This document shows positions 54,127 through 64,000 of a stretch of 64,000 bases of DNA, one piece after another. Position 1 is the first letter of the stretch. Each line of letters opens with the position of its first letter. The notes below the pieces were generated by a model that saw only the letters and a list, made by a program, of their open reading frames with translations, was not told the origin of the DNA and made no database searches. Made by a program: the position numbers and the translations under genes. This stretch comes from Eledone cirrhosa (lineage: Eukaryota). Location: assembly GCA_964016885.1 (NCBI GenBank), contig OZ024740.1:147684001-147748000 (forward strand), written 5' to 3'.

Positions 54127-55155
54127 ATCATCATCATCACCATTTTATGTCCGTTCTTCCACGCTAGCATGGGTTAGACGGGTTGTCCTGTTGTGGGCAG
54201 TGTCTGGTCGGCTGACCATGCCTTGCTCATACAGGAACTGATTTGGCTTGATTTCTACAGCTGGATGCCCTTCCTAACACCAACCTCATTTACAGTGAGT
54301 GCTGGGTGCTTTTTCGTGGCGCCTACACGTCCATTTTACAGTGTGGGCTGGGTGCTTTTTTGCCGTGGCACCTCCACGACCACCTTGCAGTGGGGGGTGT
54401 GGGGGCATATTGTCTATATGCTTCAGCTTGTACCCATGGGAGGTCGGGTACTCTGTATTACTGCGTGACGCCAGAGGTCACGGTCGTGTCATCGCCTTTG
54501 AGAGGTGTAATTGGGTCAGGTCGGCTTTTATCACCTCATCCCAGGTCATACTCCGCGGTTTCCATCGACTTCTAGTGCTCTGCACCTTTTTATGCAGCTG
54601 TCATCCTTCATACGCATCACATGTCCATACCAACGCAACCACCTCTCCTGCAAATAGCATTTGATTCTCTCTCTCAATTCATTTATGCTTTGTCGTTCGT
54701 GTATATTACTATTACACATCCATCGGAGCATGCAGGCTTCGTTTCTCTCTAATCTACGTAAGTCTTCCACCTTCAGCGCCCAGGTCTCACTACCATGCAA
54801 CATCGCTGTTCGTATACACGCATCATACAGTCTGCCTTTCATTTTGAGGGAGAAGCCTTTTGCAGCTAGCAGTGGTAGTAGTTCCCTAAACTTCTTCCAT
54901 CCTGTTCTTACCCTAGTTATTGTACTTTCTGAACACCCACCTCCATTGCTAATTCGGTCACCTAGGTAGCAGAAGCTGTCTACTGTTTCTACAGAGCCCT
55001 CCCAGAGATTGGTGGTACTTGTTTCCTGCGGCTGTTTGCTGCTTGCTGTCCCAGCACAGCTGCTGCATATGAAGCCTACATTTTTAATTAAGCTTCCTGA
55101 GATCCCACTACATCTCTTGTGTACCCATTGTTTGCATTTGGGGCAGAGAATGGAT
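54127..55155 (-). mobile_element. RTE LINE 3' fragment with 3' UTR and (GAT)n tail
   Basis: CPKCKQWVHKRCSG, KGRLYDACIRTAMLHGSETW, LRWYGHVMR; candidate TSD atagatag at 54119-54126 and 55156-55163. Confidence 0.88.
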
Positions 55156-55617
55156 ATAGATAGTGATATATTACCTCAGCCTCAATAACATTGAATCTGG
55201 TTGAATCAAGTATTTCATTGTTCATAACATGGTTTTGACACAACATATCCAGAGTTGCACTTGTTTTACAAATGGCTTACAGTGTGTTGAAAATGAAACA
55301 ATTTCATCATGGAAGTATTATTTTAGCCAATTAACTCTTTAGCATTGAATATGCAGCCAGAATTCTTTCACCTCTTTCTGTTCAAACCAACTGCTCATAC
55401 TTCTGTTAATCTCATATATTCAATACTATGTAAGATAATTTTGTAAAATAAAGTGTTTATTATGAAAATACAATAGTAAATATAGAGTAATATAAATGCT
55501 AAAGGGTTAAGAACACACAAAATTGTTATACTTACTTTTTGTCTATTACTTAACAGTACTCTCTATTATGAAGTGTCAAACTGTTTTGTTGCATTTCTGT
55601 GAACTGATCATTATGTG

Positions 55618-55800
55618 TGAGGATTGGCAGTATTGTTAGAGAGTCGGACGCCATGCTTTGCAACATGGAGTTACGGGCCTTTACGATCTGAGTTCAAATC
55701 CCGCTGAGGTTAACTTTGCCTTTCATCCTTACGAGGTCGATAAAATAAAGTACCAGTAATGCACTGGGATAATTGCTGGCCTTGTGCCAAAAGTAGGAAC
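55618..55800 (+). mobile_element. Meta-like SINE
   Basis: gattggcagtattgttagag..gagttcaaatcc..gcctttcatcc. Confidence 0.8.
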
Positions 55801-56939
55801 AATTATGTGTAAATGCCCAAAAGCATAAGTGCAATGAAATCTTTTGACAGTTGAAAGTATTAATAAGAAATGAACAAAAAGTGAATATAACAGTTTTTGC
55901 ATTCTTAAGATGCAATTGTGATAAAGGTTTCTCACTATTTAGTGCTGAGGTTTTACTTACAAGTATCTCTTTACTGTCAAGTGGACTAAGCCTGCCAGTG
56001 TTAAATGCATGGCCTCATAATCCTTATAAAATACATTTTTATAGGTTGATCAAAAGACAAAGAGCAGTGCACATGACATTTGAATACTCTCCTATTGGTG
56101 AAATTGATTCAGCTTATGTTTTCAGTTTGACCATTGATTTCTGCATGAAAAATGTAAGCAGTGAGATTTCTAGAGGGTTTTATTTTATGGGACAAATGAT
56201 TATTTTAAAGTGGTGAAACACAAGAGGGATGACAAGAACACTCAAATCAATGATGTGTGATATAATCTTTTAAAGATTTAGGTGTGAAAGACTTTCGTAC
56301 AGTTTAATGTTGAAACATTTAGTCTTGTTAGAAAAAAATGATTACAAAAACTTAATATTCATTAAACTTGTTTAAAAAGGTTTCCATAGGAAAGCAATGT
56401 TTGAGTGTGTTAAGAGCACATCTTACATTCAAATTCCACAAGCAATGAACAATATCATCAGTCTATAAACTTATATAATATTGAGTAGTAATCACAATAG
56501 CTATTTATAACAGATTAAAAAAGATGTGTTATAAAATATACAAGCATAACATTCTGTGATCCAGCCAACCAAAGCAAGAAAATACAAATAATGAAAATAT
56601 ATTTAATAAATTAATATTTATTCATGATGATGATGATGATACGGTTAAAATAGCATTATTTATAAGTTCATTTATATAAAAAAAACATTGTTGTTGTATA
56701 AATATAACATATCAAATATAGACAAAATATTATATCATTAAAATCTAGTATCATTTATATAAGACACTGTAAAATATGTGAATAAAACTTTTTTAGAAAT
56801 GCCAGTACAATATAAGAAAAGAATGAAAATAAGAGTAAAATGATATAAAACAGAACGTTTTCTGTTTGGTCAGTAGCTTGTAGGAATTTTGCCTATCAAA
56901 GAGGCTATTCTCATCAATAGAGCTAGACAAATCATAAAG

Positions 56940-57150
56940 AACAGGCATGAGTTACACCACCCTATAGCATTTAAACCAACTGATTATGTCATTCAGAGTG
57001 GCATGACAGGGAAGCTGGCCTGCACAAAGGCAGCAATAAAATGTGTGCAGACCGACCTCGTCAACAATTGATCCACAATGGCATGTGTGGCTCAACACAC
57101 GGAGGCTGTGCCACTTCAATGCTGTTGCACTCATCAAGAACGGTATAGGT
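56940..57150 (-). mobile_element. CRE-like non-LTR zinc-knuckle fragment
   Basis: HTCHCGSIVDEVGLHTFYC..HATLNDII. Confidence 0.6.
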
Positions 57151-57256
57151 TGATGAAGAAGGCAGCGAATTGAGCCAAGTCATGAGTGGATCAGAGGCAA
57201 ATCACACAGGGAGATTCGCCAGAAAAACAAGAAAAACCGGAGATGATATTATCTTT

Positions 57257-57307
57257 CAATTTCTTATATCTATATTTCAGATATTTCGTCTTTCATCAGA
57301 GAAACTG
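57257..57307 (-). ncRNA. Type I hammerhead next to a decayed PLE
   Basis: Minus strand: cagtttct-CTGATGA-a aga cgaaata tct-GAAA-tatagata-TA-agaaattg. Confidence 0.7.
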
Positions 57308-57329
57308 TGAGCTGTTAGTATGTCAACAG

Positions 57330-58740
57330 CTTAGAGTGCTGGATCTGAGGTGTACAGTGAGACTACATCAAGGCTGAAGGCATACCTGTTCCTCTTATGC
57401 ATATCAGGTTCAAGTTGGTGGAGTCGCTCTATATCCTCCTCAGAACTGTTGACAGGTCCTGGAAAAGTGTCAAGAATTGGTTTCAGAATTCTTGATAGGA
57501 GCCACAAGATTTTATAGAGTAGGCCTTCCACACTGGAGACAATGGGCCTGATTTTTAGGTTGGGTCCTTATTTGTGCATTTTGATTAGGTAATAGAATAT
57601 GGGTAGCCAGCTGTTCCTCATTACGAGTTTTTGCTGGTCGCAGATATTGCTCATGTGGTGTTGACATGTTCTTCAATCTGCAAGGGTGTGATCCCCGTAA
57701 CTCTGGCGTAAAGGCCATCATTATCAAGGTGTTGGAGTGCTAGGTTGAAGTAAGCCTCCATGGTGATGATGCAACATTATTTTCCTTTATCAGAGGAAAG
57801 GTAGACCATGTTCCGCAATTTAAGGGTGGTGAGTTGTGATTTGGTGAGATTGTGTGCTGTGTAAGTGTGTGTGTGCTGTGTAAGTGTGTGTGTGTTTGTG
57901 CAAGATTGAGTGTTTCAATCAAGCAAGTTTTCTGTCGAGTTCTTGGTTTGGCTGGTGGGCGGTGGAGTGGATTGTCTAGGCGGTAAATGGGGAACCTGGT
58001 GTTGTCTGTATTGGTGTTGGTATTTGTGGAGATGTCGATGATGGACAGCCATTCAAGTTGGTAAGCTGCTTGGCAGAAGTTGGCTTCGATGTCTAGTCAG
58101 TCTGTCGTCACGTTGCTGTGTCATGATGAATTTAAGTCTGAGGTGTAGGAGTTCTAACTCGTCGTTGGAGAGGGACCTGGTTAGGTCGGTGACAAGGTGT
58201 TCTTTGTCGTTGTTCTGTGGATAGAAGTGAGTGATGGAGGTGATGGTAGTTGTGGTGTGGTTTCAGTCCATCTGGCCGTTAGTGTTGGTGTTGTTGTTGT
58301 AATGTTTGTTGAAAAGCCATTCAAATTTCTGTTTAAGTCGCCTCTTATCATGCTGGACCTGAGAGTGGTAACATTGGTCTACCACCAGTGTAATTTGTGT
58401 GAGCATGTTGTCGGATGTCAGTGTTAGTCCTTGCTTCAACTCCGAGAGTATGTGTTGGTGAAGCCTACGGTTTAGGTGTCATAGGATTTTCTTTATACAG
58501 GTGTGGTGTATATGGTTGATCATATTTCTGAAGCTTGATGAATGTAAGCACTTGTGTAGGTGGATGTTTTATGATGGTATTGGGGATTACGTCATTCTTT
58601 AGGCAATGTTTAAGGAAATTTATTTGGCAGTCCGCCCTGGCTCATTTCTCTGATGTTCTAAAGAGTTCTTTGATGATTGCAAACTTTTCCTGACACAGGT
58701 GTAATGATAAGAGAGTATTGAAGTTTGTTTGAAGCATTGT
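57330..58740 (-). mobile_element. Decayed Penelope/Poseidon-type PLE (N-terminus to RT motif A)
   Basis: INFLKHCLKNDVIP at about 58580-58625; LYKILWLLSRILKP, YAFSLDVVSLYTS. Confidence 0.7.
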
Positions 58741-59301
58741 GGAATACTCTAAACACGGTTGGCATTAAGAAAGACATCCAGTCGTAGAAAACAAGCCAAA
58801 ATAAGCAAGACATTGTCACCTGATCTGACTTGTCTCACAATAGGACAACTCGTGTAACCCATGCTAGCATGGAAAAATGGATGATTAACGGTGGTGATGA
58901 TGATGATAATTTCATATGTCAGGAATAAAGATTCCCTTTAAAAAAAAAGGAGTGTGATGGTGGTGATGAGCTGAACACCTCAAAATACACAGACTGGTGT
59001 AGTCATAAAAGCCAATGATCTTCAAGTAATTAGCAACTTATCAATAGATTAATTGTTTCTACTTTTCAATAGATTAATGCATTCCATTAATCTATTGAAA
59101 AGTATTCTTAACAGAATTCTCTCCCTTGTGAGAGGGCAGGTGGAAGCAAAAGCTGCACTACATCACAACATTACATAATAAACTTGTATATAATGTGGGT
59201 TAACATACATATCAAGAATGATAAAGGTGAAAAAACAGCTTCATTAATTATACTTAAGTAAATTGATAAATAATGCATTATGAAAATTAATAATTTAAAA
59301 A

Positions 59302-59400
59302 TCATAGATTCGCATTTCTGGAAAATTCTGAAATTCCTTCTATTTCTGTATGGATAACTGCATTTAGGCTCTTCTGTGGGCGCAAATTGTAATTACATTT
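59302..59400 (-). CDS. Host gene, predicted last coding exon (KCNYNLRPQKSLNAVIHTEIEGISEFSRNANL*)
   Basis: Acceptor tgatttcag, phase 0, 33 codons ending in TGA; phase-compatible with the upstream exon. Confidence 0.6.
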   Translation of the reverse strand, partial: KCNYNLRPQKSLNAVIHTEIEGISEFSRNANL

Positions 59401-59812
59401 CTGAAATCAGACAAATATAAAATGTGAAATTAAACTAAATATTCAAATAACATACAATAATTTCTTCTCACTGGCGACAATGTTCTCTTTATAAGCAGAG
59501 ATAAATATAGCTGATTAAATTAACTACAGTACCTCCCTGATGAGGTATTAACTTTGGAGAAGAGAAATGAAAGATTCCAATCTCACTGAAGAATATGAAT
59601 GACTTGAGACAACAAAGGAACTTCCTTTAAAAAGGACACATTAGATTTGTGTAAAACTAGATACCTCTTAAAGGAACATAGTCATTAATAGCATGGTTTT
59701 GGTCATAGTTATACTTGATAGTGGTTTACCTGGGGTTAAACAATAACCACATGCACATAATTAATGCCCTAGGCTAGAATGCTAGTTGTCAACAATTCAT
59801 CTTTTAATAATT

Positions 59813-59999
59813 GTTTCTACTTTTGGCACAAGACCAGCAATTATCTCAGTGTATTACTGGTACTTTATTTTATCGACCCCGTAAGGATGAAAGGCAAAGT
59901 TAACCTCGGCGGGATTTGAACTCAGACCACAAAGGGCCGTAACTCTTTGCTGCAAAGCATGGCGTCCGACCCTCTACCAATACGGCCAATCCACCGCCC
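59813..59999 (-). mobile_element. Meta-like SINE (intronic)
   Basis: Diagnostic motifs. Confidence 0.8.
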
Positions 60000-60207
60000 C
60001 TCTACCATAATATCAAATAATACTGCTTAACAAGAAATAGAAACTATAGGAATTCAGTTTTATCATACTTAACCCTTTAGTATTTAAACTGGCTATATCC
60101 GGCCAAAATTCTCTCACCTCTCTTTCTGTTCAAACTGGCCACTCATACCAACATTAAGGTATTCTTCTCAAAATGAATATCAAAATCTCATAGATTCGAT
60201 ATTATGT

Positions 60208-60510
60208 GAGAAGCACATGGCTTAGTGGTTAGAGCATTGGCCTTGCAATCGAAAGGTTGTGAGTTCAATTCTCAGACTGGGTGATGTGTTGTTTCCTTGA
60301 GCAAGATACTTTATTTCACATTGCTCCAGTTTACTCAGCTGTAGAAATGAGATGATAAGGACTGGGGTCCCTATCATTCCACTGCAAAATGGTCATGGAG
60401 GTGCCACGGCAAAAAGGCACCCAGCACTCACTGTAAATGAGGTTGGTGTTAGGAAGGGCATCCAGCTGTAGAAATCAAGCCAGAATCAGTTCCCGTCCCA
60501 CCCTTGCAAG
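60208..60510 (+). mobile_element. tRNA-headed SINE with an RTE-3'UTR-like tail
   Basis: A box tggcttagtgg, B box gagttcaattc; 60400-60490 matches the reverse complement of RTE 3' UTR sequence at 54235-54375. Confidence 0.7.
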
Positions 60511-60853
60511 CATTCTAACAACATCGATCAAATAGCTCTGGAATTTGTTCACCTTTTTATGCATCATTGGAACAACCAGATGCTCTTGCTAAAACTATCA
60601 GCTGAATCATGAGGTAAGTTTTATACCTACTTTCGGTTAAATTATTATGATCTAAGAGCAGCATATCTACAAATAGATTTTGAACTTATGTTTTCTGTTT
60701 CAGTAATTTAACATTTTGACCCTTAAAGCACTGATTTTCAACAAAGGGTGTTCAATAATTGACATATCCATTTGTAAAGTAAGTGACATCCCAATATAGG
60801 AACAACATTTTCATGAAGTTAAGAAATAAGGAAAAAAAACTCTAAAAACCTAC

Positions 60854-60897
60854 CGGGCGATGTATAATATCTGAGAAACTTTTCCGCAAAGGTGTAT
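60854..60897 (-). CDS. Host gene, predicted penultimate coding exon (YTPLRKSFSDIIHRP)
   Basis: Acceptor ttctttttttcag, donor gtaggt, 44 nt, phase 1 to phase 0. Confidence 0.65.
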
Positions 60898-62099
60898 CTG
60901 AAAAAAAGAAATTAAATTACAAATAAAATTGAATCTTAAACAAATAATAATATAGTTTGGGCTTTTTTGGCCATCTTCTGGATATATATTTTCAACATGA
61001 TGCTTGCACTCCCACTGCTGGTTGACTTCCTCCCTTAGCAAGCAAACATGCAGCCCCCACCTTTCATCACTACTTCTCTCCTCAGCTGGGCCAAGGATAG
61101 AACAAGCACCCTAATGTCATAATGACACAGTACAAATTATATAAAATACACTCAGTCCAGCTTGAGGTGGTAGTGCTGGTGCCATGATAAAAAGCAGTCC
61201 ACCCTGTAAAGTGGTAGTGCTTGTGTCACAACAAAAAGCACGCAGTCCACAATGTCTACCAAATTTTACTCACAAACTTTTGGTAGAAGGCACTTGTCCA
61301 GGGTACCATGAGATAATTTTGAAACCATGTGGTTGAAGACAAACTTCTTAACCACACACCCAACTATCACTGTTTATTCACCCAACAGTCTGCCTGGCCA
61401 TTGCTTAAACAAAACAACACAACTATCACAAAACAGATTTCAAATACTGAATTATCTGCTACTTCAAGTCAGTTAACTACTCGAATTTTTGCCAGTTACA
61501 TGTCACCTACCACCTATCCTGCATATGTGCCTTGAGAAAGTTAAATAGGTGATCAAAACTATGCTTCTAGGCATGTTCCTTCCCATCCTGCACACAACCA
61601 AAGCCCATAACCCTGAATACCAAGCTAAAATAAAACAGTACAATACCTGAAGGAAGTCATCCACAAATGCAATAGCTGTAAAACTACCACCAGAAAAGCA
61701 AAAAATACTTTCACACAGATTATGAGCTTTCTTTCCTCCCCAAATCTGGTCACTTATCAAGTGTTTTTCAAGTGTGTCTTACTAATCTGTGAAATCTTAC
61801 CAATCACCTCTGAAGATACCTTCTTAAGATAACCTTATACATATAACATTGTCAAAACTGTATCCCAAAGATTGGGTTCTCCCTTCATGGCCAAACATTA
61901 TTCAACTCTGGTATGCTGCTAACCCTTTACAAAGCTCTTGTTCTATCTATATGAGAGTACTACTGTCATATCTGGATAGCGCTGCTACTATTAACATATC
62001 TGGGAAGTACTATTACTGCTTATTTATCTTGACAGTGCTGCTACTACACAAATACTTTTAGATTGTATCCAAAAGTATGGCATCTGAATGATTTGCAAT

Positions 62100-63100
62100 G
62101 ATTCATTCACCAACACACTTCTATGGATCCTTCCTGTGACTTGCAGAAGTTTATATTACTGTCGCTCTTCCCTTTGATTACTCCTGTGCATCTTCTACAT
62201 ACAATATCTTCCTTTCCTGTTAGTCTACCCGTTATCCCACTACATCTCTTGTGTACCCAAGATTTACATTGTGTACACCATATGAAGTTTATGCCTACTC
62301 TTTTTCTACATATGGAGCAGAGCCACTTCTCTGAAAGAATCAGGGTTTTATCTTCTTTCCTACTCACTAGCACTTTAGTTTTGGCTAAGTTTAGTCTCAG
62401 ACCTTTTGATTCCAAATTCTGTTTCTATAGTTGAAACTTATTTTCTAGTTCTTTTATGCATAAAAAAGTTCCCATGAAGAGCTAGTTTTAAACTCCTCTG
62501 TTATGGCCTGGAGAACTATGATGAACAACAGTAGGATAATAATTGAACCTTGATGAACTCCTATTCCGTAGTACTTTTTCAGGCATGGAACCAAACTGCA
62601 TCTCGTCTAATTTGAATCTTTTCCTAATTAGTTGAGCTATAACTTTTGATGTCATTTTCATAACTTGGTCTGTTAGTTTTATTCCTCTGCAATTGCTCCT
62701 TTCTAGAGCATCACCTTTGCCCTTGTAGCAATTTATGATTGTACTGCTGCACCAGCCATTGTGTATGAGTCCGTCCTGTATTATCTGATTGACTATGCAG
62801 GTTACTAGTTTGACTTCTACTTCTTCTGATACTTTTAGCATCTCAGCAACTCTTTCTGACCATCCTGCAACTTTACCATTCTTCATCTCTTTTTTTACCC
62901 TACAATAGCTGGTCCTTCTGTTGGGTAAGTTGGGTAGTTTTTCTTCCTCCCAATCATTCTCTACATTCATCAATCTCTCATAGTAACATTTACAGGCCTC
63001 TTTCTTTTTGGCATCAATGGTGCTAAGTGCATGAGCATCATTTCTAACACATTTTCCCCCAACCTCATCTCGATTTACCCTCCACACTGCCTTGCAATGC
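62100..63100 (-). mobile_element. RTE LINE internal fragments
   Basis: YKGKGDALERSNCRGIKL, MQFGSMP, ESKGLRLNLAKTK, CTQCKSWVHKRCSG. Confidence 0.85.
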
Positions 63101-63101
63101 A

Positions 63102-63588
63102 TTACTGTGGGAAGTGCAATGGATTGACAGAATTGGTTGGACAACGTTTTACAGCATAGAGTTACGTCCCTTTGTGTTTTGAGTTCAAATCCTGCCAAGG
63201 TTAGCTTTGCCTTTCATCCTTACAAGGTTGATAAATTAAAGTACGAGTAACACATTTGTGTCGGTTTAATCGACCCCCCCCCCCTCTTTCTGGTCCTCAT
63301 GTTTCAAGACATTGGCAAACTTTCTTTTTTTCCACCTCTCTCTGAAAAAAATAATTATATTTAATTATGGTTTCTGATTTAGGCACAGAGCCTACCGTTT
63401 TAGGGGGGGGGGGGGGTCGATTAAATCGACACCAATGTGTTACTCGTACTTTATTTTATCAACCTTGTAAGGATGAAAGGCAAAGCTAACCTTGGCAGGA
63501 TTTGAACTCAAAACACAAAGGGACGTAACTCTATGCTGTAAAACGTTGTCCAACCAATTCTGTCAATCCATTGCACTTCCCACAGTAA
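63102..63588. repeat. Inverted duplication (arms 63102-63284 and 63403-63588) containing a Meta-like SINE
   Basis: Arms nearly identical, including non-SINE flank. Confidence 0.88.
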
Positions 63589-63704
63589 ATGTATAATAAC
63601 TGATCTTCTCTATTCTTGTGGACTGTTATTGCTACAAGAAAGATGACAATGGTGTGTTTCTCAGAGCTATACTAAGAATGACATAAACAAGAACATGTAC
63701 TTAC

Positions 63705-63929
63705 AACTGTCGGCAGGTTGGGAATGGAAAGACTGACTCTGATGAAGACTGCCGTAGTGAAGTTCTTCCTCTTTCAATTCATTTAGTTCCTCAAGTAGTG
63801 ATGCTAGGCTTGACCTACTACTATTCATAGATGTACATAGTGACAATGAACTGGGAATATAATTAGTATCACTACTTTCTGATGAAGTACTATGGGAACT
63901 TGCTTCATCATCACTCTCATAACCAGCTT
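63705..63929 (-). CDS. Host gene coding exon, Ser/Glu-rich (EAGYESDDEASSHSTSSESS..HSQPADS)
   Basis: Acceptor ttttcaattttcag, donor gtaagt, 225 nt open, phase 1 to phase 1. Confidence 0.7.
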
Positions 63930-64000
63930 CTGAAAATTGAAAAATTGGCAAAATGTTAAATAGCCAGAATTTGTTATTAATATAATTGTTTCTATTTTTG

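Noticed and set aside
53740-55280. Coding-looking sequence on both sides of the RTE insertion
   Set aside because: Stops in the frames I read and no consistent splice-phase chain.
51711-60280. tRNA genes at 51711 and 60208
   Set aside because: A and B boxes are followed by SINE body sequence and there is no complete cloverleaf.
60539-60619. Plus-strand exon candidate ending in gag|gtaagt
   Set aside because: A single donor-like site with no partner exons found; it lies antisense within the predicted host intron.

Overview
AT-rich, microsatellite-dense eukaryotic DNA. The SINE families, (TA)n/(TACA)n arrays and LINE types point to an octopod cephalopod (inferred, no database search). Positions 1-41 kb are almost entirely nested mobile elements: four decayed Penelope-like elements (PLEs) with RT and/or C-terminal GIY-YIG endonuclease sequence (probably Hydra clade), many short non-coding pLTR/retrozyme-like units inserted in (TA)n, RTE, CR1 and R4/Dong LINE fragments, a 610-bp non-autonomous RTE partner, and non-autonomous Helitrons. 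Positions 41-64 kb hold many tRNA-derived SINEs, a mariner relic, more LINE debris and the last three coding exons of an unidentified minus-strand host gene (63929-63705, 60897-60854, 59400-59302). Most ORFs in the track are microsatellite translation artefacts. The main result is at the RNA level: about 17 full-length (some degenerate) type I hammerhead ribozyme (HHR) motifs from about 11 sequence families. In about 10 elements a covarying hairpin, RCTC-[stem-loop]-(TT/TA/TC)-GAGY, sits downstream of the HHR and usually about 35-57 nt from the element's 3' microsatellite junction. This is a candidate cis signal for PLE reverse transcriptase. All folds and coordinates were read by eye and need computational confirmation.
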